Assembly: GCA_002633005.1 (NCBI GenBank)
Contig: NMRA01001019.1
Location: forward strand, 1 to 64,000
DNA from: Phoronis australis
Taxonomy: Eukaryota; Animalia; Phoronida
Length of the DNA stretch: 64,000 nt
Direction: 5' to 3'
The notes beneath the pieces were generated by a model. It worked only from the letters and a program-made list of their open reading frames with translations. It did no database searches and was not told the DNA's origin. Shown one piece after another: positions 1 to 12,100 of the stretch. The translations under genes and the position numbers were made by a program. The stretch's first letter is position 1; the number at the start of each line of letters is the position of its first letter.

Positions 1-775
1 TTCAGAACAACAACTGTTGCAGCTGGTGGGGGTTAATTGCGGTATACAAGGGGCACGAGAACGAAATGGGGAAAAAAAAACACATTTTATACCAAAAATA
101 TACATGTATGCACACACATATAATTTGAAAATTTCGTTCAAGTAGCAAGTATTAAATACCACACAATTGCACACTTGTTCCGGCGTCCTGCATAGGTGAT
201 CGACTTGTTTGTTGTCAAATATCAAGTGATACATTTACAGGTGTTTCATTATAAATTTGCATAATTTACGCAAATGATTGCCACCATGATCCAAAATTTT
301 GTTTGTATAAGAGAACTGCATCACGGAGCACTTCATGTAATTCACCTTCATATTTGCACCTTTGTTTTCCTGGTTACTGTCAGTTTGCTGGTCATTACAT
401 AAAAAAATTGTATAACTTTTAACTTGTGCATATGCGGGTTAACATTATTAATTTCCAATGCTCCCCCTACGCACGTGAACGGATGGAAATGCCATTTGTG
501 CAAGCGTCTTTAAGTTCCAGTTACGATCACCTTAAATCCCAGTCCCGGACCAGCAGGAACCCAAAAATCCCAAGATTCGCATCCTTTAACTTGACACGGG
601 CACTGAAAGTGTTCCATACACGATGATCACGTTCCTGCCCCCCTTAACCTAAAGTCATGTTTTTATATTCTAGTTCAAATTAGGGGCAAGACCATGGAAT
701 GTAGAAGTCTTTGGGAATGGACTTTGGTCATCATGTATGGATCCTTTTCGGTGTGTATGTATGTGTGTGAGTGTG

Positions 776-1734
776 NNNNNNNNNNNNNNNNNNNNNNNNN
801 NNNNNNNNNNNNNNNNNNNNNNNNNNNNNNNNNNNNNNNNNNNNNNNNNNNNNNNNNNNNNNNNNNNNNNNNNNNNNNNNNNNNNNNNNNNNNNNNNNNN
901 NNNNNNNNNNNNNNNNNNNNNNNNNNNNNNNNNNNNNNNNNNNNNNNNNNNNNNNNNNNNNNNNNNNNNNNNNNNNNNNNNNNNNNNNNNNNNNNNNNNN
1001 NNNNNNNNNNNNNNNNNNNNNNNNNNNNNNNNNNNNNNNNNNNNNNNNNNNNNNNNNNNNNNNNNNNNNNNNNNNNNNNNNNNNNNNNNNNNNNNNNNNN
1101 NNNNNNNNNNNNNNNNNNNNNNNNNNNNNNNNNNNNNNNNNNNNNNNNNNNNNNNNNNNNNNNNNNNNNNNNNNNNNNNNNNNNNNNNNNNNNNNNNNNN
1201 NNNNNNNNNNNNNNNNNNNNNNNNNNNNNNNNNNNNNNNNNNNNNNNNNNNNNNNNNNNNNNNNNNNNNNNNNNNNNNNNNNNNNNNNNNNNNNNNNNNN
1301 NNNNNNNNNNNNNNNNNNNNNNNNNNNNNNNNNNNNNNNNNNNNNNNNNNNNNNNNNNNNNNNNNNNNNNNNNNNNNNNNNNNNNNNNNNNNNNNNNNNN
1401 NNNNNNNNNNNNNNNNNNNNNNNNNNNNNNNNNNNNNNNNNNNNNNNNNNNNNNNNNNNNNNNNNNNNNNNNNNNNNNNNNNNNNNNNNNNNNNNNNNNN
1501 NNNNNNNNNNNNNNNNNNNNNNNNNNNNNNNNNNNNNNNNNNNNNNNNNNNNNNNNNNNNNNNNNNNNNNNNNNNNNNNNNNNNNNNNNNNNNNNNNNNN
1601 NNNNNNNNNNNNNNNNNNNNNNNNNNNNNNNNNNNNNNNNNNNNNNNNNNNNNNNNNNNNNNNNNNNNNNNNNNNNNNNNNNNNNNNNNNNNNNNNNNNN
1701 NNNNNNNNNNNNNNNNNNNNNNNNNNNNNNNNNN
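776..1734. other. Assembly gap (N run)
   Basis: Continuous n characters. Confidence 1.
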
Positions 1735-1761
1735 ACAAGACTAATGGTACTACCCACATAT

Positions 1762-2529
1762 CAGGCCCATAGCCAGGGGGATTCGAGGGGTTCGGTCAAA
1801 CCACCTCCCAACGGAAAACGTCAAGCTCCACCAGGCGCTACGCATAGGATATAGATGAACAACAAGATCAACAAAATTTTTCTGGTTATTACTGGTACTA
1901 CTAAATAAATACGCAAAACGTACCGAGAGTGGCGTAGATGAAGTAATGTCCCACGAGAATTTTTCCGCGCTGAATAATGTCCAGTGGGATATTACTTCAT
2001 CAGCTCCAGTCGAGGTACGTTTTGTATTTATCCCACACGCTTCGAACTCCTAAGTTTCTTTCATTTTTTCGGAAGATTTTTTAAATAATTCACTCAGACT
2101 GTTCACTACTATTTAGAAATTGAAAACTGGGACAGAACTGTCATAAAATCAACAGTCCTGTTCAAGATGCTACGATTGAAACATGATTTTATGTTGAGTG
2201 TTATTTACACTACTGCAGTTGTATTACTTTAAACTATTTTCTGAAAGTTTGCTGATCGAACCGCCTAACGACGTAGAGTCGACATTGACCTACCTTTTTA
2301 ACTTTCCTTGTCAGAGGTCACTTTTGAAGTAGTGCGGGAGATAATACGGAAAACATTGTTATATGGCCGCATTTCCTTCGACTGATTCATCGCGTATGGA
2401 CAAAATAATTATCAAGTTGTTGATAACTTAAAATTTGGTTCTGAATCCAAGCGCTTTACAGTGAAGGACAGAATCCTGGCTAGTACTCTGTCCTGCAGCC
2501 CCCACCTCAAAATCCTGGATCCGCCCCTG
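1762..2529. mobile_element. Non-autonomous DNA element (CAGGCCCATAGCCAGG...CCTGGATCCGCCCCTG ends) with a nested interspersed repeat (~1905-2408)
   Basis: Imperfect TIRs of the family also seen near 24528, 46002 and 51110; the nested part recurs inverted at ~21450-22145 and ~25708-26390. Confidence 0.55.
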
Positions 2530-3289
2530 CTTTACGTAATCACTTGGGCCGTACCCAGCCAGCTTCGCCAAGTGACCATGTGGTTGCCTACCAGATGACA
2601 AGTTCGAGCAGAAGTACGATAAGAGGACGCTTTATGCTATTGACAGTAGTAAGGACCTACTTCGCGCGTGCTAACTGTAACATAATGTATCGCGGGATAG
2701 AACTAAATGTTTCATAAAGTAGTGTTAAAATGGCTTATAATCGATCAACCAACAAAACAGCAAAATATAGGTTTGTTTTGTTATCTGATTTTCGGTATAG
2801 TTGTAAGAAAGCTTTTTATTTTTGGATTTGAAAGTGAATTATGTAGTTCACCTAGTGCATGCTTTGATTGTGGATTGGTGGATTGACATGCAAATGATGT
2901 GTGCGTTTTCATTCTTTTAAATACATAAATTCTGTACACGTAACTTCAATAGGCAATACTCTGTCGTTGTTCAAAAAGACATTTCACTAAAGTTTTCTTG
3001 CACTGAGAAAATTCTGTTAACAAATATGTTCACACTATTCGGTAAAAACAGGATTAAACCTAATAAATATCTTTGGTCAATGAAGGAAAGCCTTCTTTTG
3101 CAAATTATTGTCAATGGTACATAACATCGCAGACTTCATACGGGCAACAAATTTGATGGAAGAGATTTCCAAGATAACATATCACTACCCCTAAGGTTCA
3201 CTATTGCAAAACCATGCTCACAAATCCGACAGTTTACTAGTCTAAATGATTGTTCGGGCGAATTGACATTCATAAACTATTGTACCTAG

Positions 3290-3482
3290 GTCCATTTCGT
3301 AACCATTTAACGTTTGTGCAAAATTAATAGTGCTTAAATTGTTGATGTGTTCATTTAGTAACCATTTAAAGGGTGTGCAAAAAAATATTAGTGCTTCAAT
3401 CATTAGTTGTTTTCATGAACTATTGTATTTGTGTTCATTTAGTAACCATTTAAAGGATGTGCAAAATTAATAGTGCTTAAAC
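3290..3482. repeat. Degenerate tandem repeat, about 3 units of 'tagtaaccatttaaagg.tgtgcaaaattaatagtgct'
   Basis: Repeated motif visible; an inverted copy occurs near 50220-50270. Confidence 0.6.
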
Positions 3483-6036
3483 TATTCACTGCATTGTTTG
3501 TAAATGAGCTATGTTCTTGAATCTCAAAACTCATCTTCAAAACAGTGACAACGTCGGGGGTTTATAATTCATCAATATTCCCACTTCATAGTCTTTTCAA
3601 AAATGAAAGTACCCATTCATTTTTTCGGTATTCATAAGAAAAGCTTTAGAGGCCACTTTCGCATAGGAATGGAAACCCAAACAGTTAAGTTTGTTCTGAG
3701 TGTCATTACTAGTTACGCCAGTGCGTCTAAACCCATGTGAAAGTAAATAATACATAATTGAGGTAGTGAACCTTCAGAGTGCTGAACCTTTGTGGTAAAG
3801 GGTTGTTCCCATTTACCGCATCATTATAAGCAACTTAAGTAACCTGTCAAAAATTTCTTCAAGTCATTGTCTAACTTAATTACTCCGTTCAAGTATGTGA
3901 TGGAGTATAACCACTCATTGTTAAAAGCATACATGGTTCGAACGTTTGGCAGAGGGTAACACTCAGTAATCCACAATACATACTAATATGGGTTCCGTTC
4001 TTGTGAGAAGCAACCATGCCATCATTATTCCCTGGATTAAGCCCACGAGTTGCGTCTTATCTCAGGGAAATGGAGCCACCAAGGGTCATCGTCGCGTGTA
4101 CGTCTGTATTACTCTTCTGCCGTCTTTGCTGCTTAGGGGCACCACTGAGAAAATGGCCGACGTTTGCGGTTTGCGAAATATGTTCATGGTCTACTGCTTT
4201 AGAAATTCGAACCACGCAATGCTGGCTACGGGCCTGCACTGGGCCGTCACTTGTGGCCCGTAGTCGGTACGTTTAATTACAAAAGGGTGATTTGCACGAT
4301 AAAATGTAAAAAGTGCTTGGTTGCGTCGACGTGAGCGTACGCCCCCCTTTACCGTAAATTTTGGTGGGTAGGAGCTACGTTAAAAAGCAAAAGGGTGGTT
4401 GGCTGTGTCTACATGCACTTACGCCTGGCTACACTGTCACGATCAGTTACGTCAGCATAAACAAGAACAAAGTGGAAAGAAGCACTTTCACGAGTCACGC
4501 GGCACAAATCACATCTACTCATCTGAGTAAACAAGTTGACACCAATTGCACTGCAGCCTTACATACAAATGTTTTAAAGAAGCTAGAACACGAACCCTGG
4601 CGGAGGATTTGAACGCTATAATTTTGAATTATATCGTTCGGTCATACGCCCACATGCTTAGAATTAGAATTTCTTCCGGGCCCTGTGCATCCACCGTGAC
4701 GGGCCCCGCGTTTTAAGCCTCGTGGTCTATCCGCCACTGTTCAGAAGTTAGGTTTTAACCCCGGACTTCGGCTTCTATGAGGCGCCGATGGTGGAGTGAT
4801 CGGTGACAACAATACTTTTCAATTATGATAGTACTAAGGCATCAATTCCACTAACTTAAGTTTGTATCCAGAGCTAACTAACAGTGCTAATACTAATCCC
4901 GGGATGGACTTCGTAGGCATGCAGCTATGCCCACAGTACTAGGAGTGACACTTTCTTGAATCGTCGAGGGTGTCGCTAAGCTAAATTTGGTATCGTTACC
5001 ATGGTAACCGGATATTTGAAAATCTAAGAGCGATTGCCATGGCAACTCATGCAAATAAACCTGTCGTCTGGTTATTTGACGCAACGCCCACAACAGCAAG
5101 CATGACTTGATCAAAGGCGTAACATTATTATACACAGTACCCGTAGAATAATTTCACAATCATATAAATGGTTGTCGTGATTGCGAATACATATTCATCA
5201 CTGTTATTCAAGGTAAGGTTGATGGAGTTGCTGTTAATAATGTTCACAGTGTTCTTGTAGATAGAAGCACATCGTTTTTCGAGCAAAGCTTACGTTATTG
5301 CCAAGATAATTTTATTCTGTTGCACAAAGATTTCAGTCAATTGTTCATATGTGCTACGAGTTCCTTCAAACACTCCTTTTGCCTCACAACATAGCCTTCT
5401 ATTACATAGTAAGGCATTTTTGTTCATGTTATTAGGGAGTGTGATGATCTCCCTGACCATATTAAACACATAACTATTTTTAAGCACTTAAAGAAAAGTT
5501 TGTACACCGACATTTGCTCAATTTAATCATTACATGCGTTGTAGGTGTTTTTCATGTGATCCGGTGGCGACGCAGTTATTTGCTTTCCTCTTTTTATTTA
5601 AAATGTTTACACTTAATGTTGATACTCTTTTTAATCTTATTATTATCATTTTCATGTAAAATGCCCTGCTTTGTCATAATCAAATTAATTTCGACTTCTT
5701 ACTATTTTACCATCACGTCCCGTGTATAGTTTTTACTATTGTTCATTGCCATGTTTGTTGTACATGTATGTATTTGTGTGATGACTATCTGGAAGATAAC
5801 TTTTGTGCCTTAAGATGACGTATCTTTTACTTTTGTCATGAATAATTATTGTTGATATCGGTGAATAAAAAACACCATTTACTTCTCTTCTTAGGTGATA
5901 GTGTTATTTTTTTCATTTCAACCTCATTTTTCAATAACAAATGACTTCAAGCACATATGTGACAGCATTTTTAATAATTATAAGATTTGATGCAATATTG
6001 TTGTTATAGTTTACCTCAGCTGCATAAAGTAACGCG

Positions 6037-6120
6037 ATGAGCTCTTACAACAAGCTTGTAAAATACGAGGCACCGGCCTGGTCATCGAAACTCGCAAATA
6101 TTCCCTCACATAGGGTTGAG
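6037..6120 (+). CDS. Copy A coding exon 1 (MSSYNKLVKYEAPAWSSKLANIPSHRVE)
   Basis: ATG at 6037, donor GTGAGT at 6121; conserved with 51714-51797. Confidence 0.85.
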
Positions 6121-9100
6121 GTGAGTTCAATGGTTTTCGGCTTAGAAGATATGCCGGATATTAATAACTGAATCGGCTTGTTACCTGTTGACTTTCACGA
6201 CATTTAGAGGTTTTTACAGGTTGAAGGTACATCACCTTCTTAGTCTTGTCTATTGGCGCGAAGGGTCTTGTGAAACTTTTAAATTAAAATCACGTACGGT
6301 TCTATTGCACAAAATTCACCGACGGACAACTAAGAGAATATATCATTAAAAATTCAAGTACAGTCGTGTCCATTGCTCATTGGCTGCACTTGGTTGACAC
6401 AGTGGTTCCGCCGAGTAACGTGGGTATGGCATCTCATTAGTCTGCAAGCCGGAAGTCGTAATGGTCGAGAACGAATCAGATGTTATAGCCACCTGACTTG
6501 GTGGAACCGCCAAAGTCATTCAAGTGTTAGAGAAGGATGTACAGGGGAGGGGGGTTCAGGGGGTTCAAGCCCCACCTCGAGACAGGATCAAAAATAAAAA
6601 TTGAAAAAATTCCCCAGAAAAACGAAATTACTACACGGGAGGAGGGATTAAACCCTCTCCCGACCTTCCTTCCCCGGCCCCCTTACTGAAAACTTAGATC
6701 TGCCACTGAGTGTTGCTTATGATTATAGTTTAACGCTTCGTACGTATAGTCTACTATTGTTACAACTTCCTTCCAGTGTTGGTGTTGTTGTGCATCACAT
6801 CGTGCATACCCGTATTTTTTTAGCACGAGGTAACTCGCCGTTTGTACAGTCACATTAGATTAAAACTGCTATGTAGACTAGTTGCTTGAACTATGTCAAG
6901 CTAAGTTCCGATTTCGCTCAGTTTGTTCCTGACATAGGTAGCAGTGATTTTTCTCGACTTGGAGAGAACTGACAGTTGGTTAGTGCTAAAGCAATGCTCG
7001 ACTCATCAAATGTCACGTGATGACAAGTCAACATCATGTAGTATGTGACATGTATATGTGGTTTTATTAAGTTACATTAATCCTTGTCTAAGCTACATGT
7101 ATTTGTAAACAAAGGAAATCCGAACAAGTTACCAATTATTTCAAATAACTTATTTTTAAAAAAGTATTTACAGGTAAATTATTATCAAACTAAATCTTTT
7201 AACGCCAAAAGTAGCATAATTGCTTCTAATTTGCGCCTGACTTCTTTTGGTACCTTGTACATGTACTCAAACAATAAAGAAACTGTCAGCTTTTCCGAAG
7301 CCCAGAAAGGACCTCTGATACGGGTAAGAAACAATCTGAGACTTGACAAGGGGTCTAACTCAAGGTAATTTTCGACAGAAGACGGTCTCACTACACCTTT
7401 GTGAAATATTTTTTTCAATTGTAGCTGGCTTTATCCAATACACCAATTCACTCATGGTACAACAATTTACCTGGTGGTTTCTCCGTTTCCATAAAGAGAG
7501 ATGACCTGACAGGATGCACGCTGACAGGAAACAAGGTACAGTTGAACGAACAATAATGTGCAAGTTAGAACAGTTCCGAGACGGAATCAATCCGATAACC
7601 TAAACGGTAGCAGTCTGGCATTTTGCTAGCACAGCTAAAGCTGATTTTAAATGTAAACAAGTTCACGTGCCTCTATTGCATTTAATAGCTGGAAGTCATG
7701 ATCGGGAATCGGCGATTTATAATAAAATCACAAAGCACAACGAATTTTCCTGTATCTAGCATTGGTCAAGGCTGCGAACTTCAAGAAGCCTAACTTGTCC
7801 AACTAAAATTTCAAAAATGCTAAGTCCGATAGCATCCCATTAACCGTTGAAGCAACCGTAGACGTTGTTTTTCAAAACACGAAACTTGATAACGAAAACT
7901 AAAATAATTACATCACTCCTAACTGCTATCGTCTTTTGAGTTTTGTTATAGTTGTAAGTTTGCTATTGATCGTGCAGTACCTCGTGGAGTGTGGCATTTG
8001 TCGTCCTTGTGAAATATAAGTCCGTGGTCACTTCTCAAATGTTAAAACTGATAAGGCTAGCGTCACTTAACCTGCATGTACAGTATAGGTGTTGAAAGCC
8101 CTCTGATATGGTAGGATTCGATTTTGTTCTTGTTGCCACGAAGAACATTCAAAATATTTACGAGTGAAAAACGTTTCAGAAAGTCACAGCCGCTGTCCAT
8201 CTCTTCCAATATTTGAACACTTCAGTTTAGTCCCATGTTTTCCTTCAAATCTGGCTGAATCCCATTTGTATCTAATGCTGTTCTCACAAGAAAATTTTAG
8301 TTTCAATTGATACGACTAATGAGCATACAGTATTTCTTGATTTCAGGTTACAGGGAAAAAAATGTAGATTTTTACGAGTATTCCTCAATTTGTGTATGAG
8401 AATCTCGTATACGGAAAACTTTACTTTCGTAATTTCTTTCGCTAGGAACACCTCAGGTATTTCCGTAGCGTTAAGTACATGAATCCTCTTCTTGAGTTGG
8501 GCATGCGTGGCACATGCGCACTAGTGTAAGGGAGAACTAGTTCTAGTGAACGAATCGATTTTTGCATTGCAATCTATGGTGCCGACAATAAACTGCAGAC
8601 ATCTCCTAAATTTGCGAGTAAATGTCGAAAGTACCATTTGATAAGATAAAGAGAGTAACACTTTTATTTATGTTAAGAAATAATACAGTCATGTGGTTAG
8701 TAAATTGCAAATTAAATTAGAAAGCCTAAACATATTATATCGTTATCGATAACGTCCCCTTTAAATAAAGAAACAACTAAAAAAACGGAAATATTAATAA
8801 GATATGTAAAATATGCAAACAAGAAGAAGGAACAGACATATGAGATGTACTTAACAAGGCAAAGTCAAGTAGCGCTAGCGACCGACACGCAAGGACCCAG
8901 GAAGTAGACTGGCACCGCTTTGGGGCCTTGGGAACAGATAATATTACTTGTAAAGCAATTGGAAATACTACAAAATAGGAAAGTAGCTGCTAATTCAGAA
9001 AATGTTTAAAAACCTGGAAAATGCTTGCAGAGTGTGGGTTTTTATTCAATTTAGAGGAGAGATTCGTATTTCGTTGCATATAATATCAACTCACCCAAGA

Positions 9101-12100
9101 CATTTCGAGTATGTTCGTCGCCTCACATATCCCTCTAAAGTGTGCTTTAGGCACTATATGTTCAAACATTAGTCAGGCAGTTGGTAAGACTTGCGAGAAT
9201 GATTGGTCCCATGAAAACGCAGACAATCTAGTAAGTAAATAACGTTCACCTATGCAGGAAAATTTGAGGCTCGCAAAATACCCAAGGTATGTTTCGTTTA
9301 TGCGCATGTGCAAATTTCAATCATGACAGCAAATCGTGACTCACAGACTCAGACAAAAGTTAATAAATCTTACGGTAGGAGGCACACTAAGGACAGAAAA
9401 TGGCCCTCTTGGACGACTTTCCTTACCAGCTACATGTAGGATGAGGCCATGATAATTTCAGACGTGTTTATCTCACTGCTTTTATGACTAAAGATCGGTC
9501 ATGCGAATTTCTCACTGAAATTCCTGGAAAAGAATATCTATCCTTGGGAGGAAACCATTATAATTCTCGATCGATTCAGCTAGGAAACAGGGAAGTTGCT
9601 GGTTTCTCAATGTCTAGTGCATCACCAGTGAACCAATGATATATCATTGACCGGAAGCTACCGTGCATGTACATGTTAATCACCATGAGAATCTGATAAC
9701 CAATAACTTTATGCAGATAATACTAAATTATTTTAGCTGTAAGGGTTGTGCAGATACTACATATTTGTACGGTGGTAACATACAAACAAATGGCATTAGC
9801 CATGTGTGACGGTATTAATAACAAGCCGGATATTTTGTGGATTGTTCTAAGACACCCTCGGCCCCCACGACCCCACAGACCTACAAACTCCCCGACCAAC
9901 AGCCCCTTCGTCCCACGACCCCGTCTACCCACGACCCACAACCCCTTCGACCCACAGTCCACAACCCCCTCGACCAAGTCTACACAAGTTCGACTCGATC
10001 TGAATATAGAACAAGTGCTGACTTGCAAGACCAAGTGGGGCCTTGAGCTCGGCTGGCTCTTCCTTGTGGATTCGGCAACTTTGAAAGCCAGAAACAGAAA
10101 AAAGAACGCTACCAAATTAAATCAAAGACCTACCAACGATACAAATGTCGTTCGCGGCAAAGTGTATCGTCAGCTTTTCAGTAAATGGCAGATTCGATCT
10201 TTCTGGGAGAGAAGGAAACCGACGAATATGTAATTTCTTCAGTAAATACAGTTTGAAAAAACAAACTGTTAACTAAAAAGTATCTCAGTTTTAGAGTTAT
10301 CATATCATAATCGAGTATATAACAGAAGGCAAACAATCAAAATGTGAAATTACATGTATGTCAATTCACGTTAACGTGTTCTCTCCTTAAAGGAGAATGT
10401 CAGCCGGTTTAATTAATCTTCTTACCGTCTCAAATCGGTCTGTATCCACATCACCTCGCCGAGAGGTGTCGCGTTAACCTGTGAGTAAGGTGAGTAACCG
10501 GCTCAGCGACGTCAGTGGTTCTTCAGCAGATTGAATGCCGCTATGGTGTGGTGTATCGTTGCAGGTTGTGCGAACTACAAAGCTGCGAGGAAAGCGGGTA
10601 TATCGTTTTTTTCTATTTCCTCGAGAGCCCGAAATGCTTCGGAAGTGGCTAGCGGCAGTGAATATCGAAAAGTACGCCGTTAATACCAAGTATAAGGCAG
10701 TGAAACATCTCCGAGCACGGTGTGTGGCCGACATTTCGTCGACAGTGATTTCAGAAAAAGAGTGTCAGTGGGGATTGTAAGTTGCAGTGTTGACGTTTAT
10801 TATTGTGCGTTCTGTTTCAAAATAAATTATTCTCACCCTAACCAATACTTAAGTATAAAACTGAAATAAAGAATCAAAGTCTGTCTCATTAGATACAATT
10901 TGTAATGCACTTGGAGTGCTCGTGAGTGCAAATGTTTTGAGAAGCCAGCAATGAATAAAGCACTGCGTTACCGGCTTTAGATGCAATAACGTTAATTGAT
11001 CGGGCGGCCGAGGCCATGTGAGCGCATGCCGGCTATTTCAGTGTTTGCTGACAGAAAGCTGTTGTGAAACAATAACTCGATTTTATATGCTATGGTCGGA
11101 TGTTTGGGGAGTTTTATTTAGGTATACATTACATTATTCGAATCATTACTGTACAACTTTCATCGCCCTGACGGTTCTTTGGAAGGGGAACCTGACTTTG
11201 CGACCCCCGACGAGTATACATGTAAGAAGATTTGCTGTTTCGCGGCTATTTCACCACAATAATCACGTGCACATTATTTCTTTGGCTCACTAGTATAGTT
11301 TTTCGTGACAGGAAGTTTAGTTTCCAACATTTGGCTGGTTTATGTTCGTGATGTCTTCAGATGAGCCCGGTCGCGACGGGCCTGATCGGGTTCCGAGTCA
11401 CTGGCCGGGATAACGTTTGTTCTAAAATTTGATGCGTTTGTAACGATTTTACATCAAATTTTGATGATTTTTTGGTGTAAAACGATGAATTCAAGCGATA
11501 AGCTGACTCCTGTTAGTGCGTTCAGTTGTGAAGTGATGAATAGACTGAGTTTGAACCTCTGACGTCATTGCTTAATTTCAACGCCTCCGTCTGCCGTCAG
11601 GAGTCAGGTAAAAGAACTGAACTTGCTATTATCGAGTGGAACTACTCGATTTGAATTGATACAAAATAGGTTGTTTTTGGGTGGCATTCTCCTTTAAAGT
11701 CCTTCTCTCAAACTGCCCGTGTGGTTCCAGTATCCGAAAATACTTACTACATAAATTCTTATTTTTGACACCCTTTCTTTATATTCTTTTTGCCTTTCTT
11801 GCCAAAAGCGATTTTTTAACAGTATTTGACCCTTCTCTCTGAGCGTATGATTACCGGTTGTCATCGGTTATTTCCGTACCCACATTTTCGGCTCATCAGT
11901 TCATGAACTTGTCCTGAACGCCGCCATTTTTTCCTTGTAGCTGAATGTACTATGGCTTGCTCGAAAAGTCTTCATTATTTTGTTTTATTAGTTTGCATAT
12001 GTAGTGTATTTATAGTTTGTAGTTAGTGGTCGTTGATTTTTTTGGAATGTTACGCGTACTTAGTATGTTAAAATAGCTTTGGTGTTTAGTTCCTTACGTA

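Noticed and set aside
675-1854. Long ORFs in all frames
   Set aside because: Artefacts of the N gap
2729-2770. Possible upstream coding exon (ATGGCTTAT...ATAG|gtttgt)
   Set aside because: No counterpart found upstream of copy B, and there is an in-frame stop just before the 6037 ATG; unsupported
9723-10233. Pro/Thr-rich 161-aa ORF (and similar one at 40149-40601)
   Set aside because: Arise from MITE subterminal cgacccc repeats; the frame is not conserved among copies
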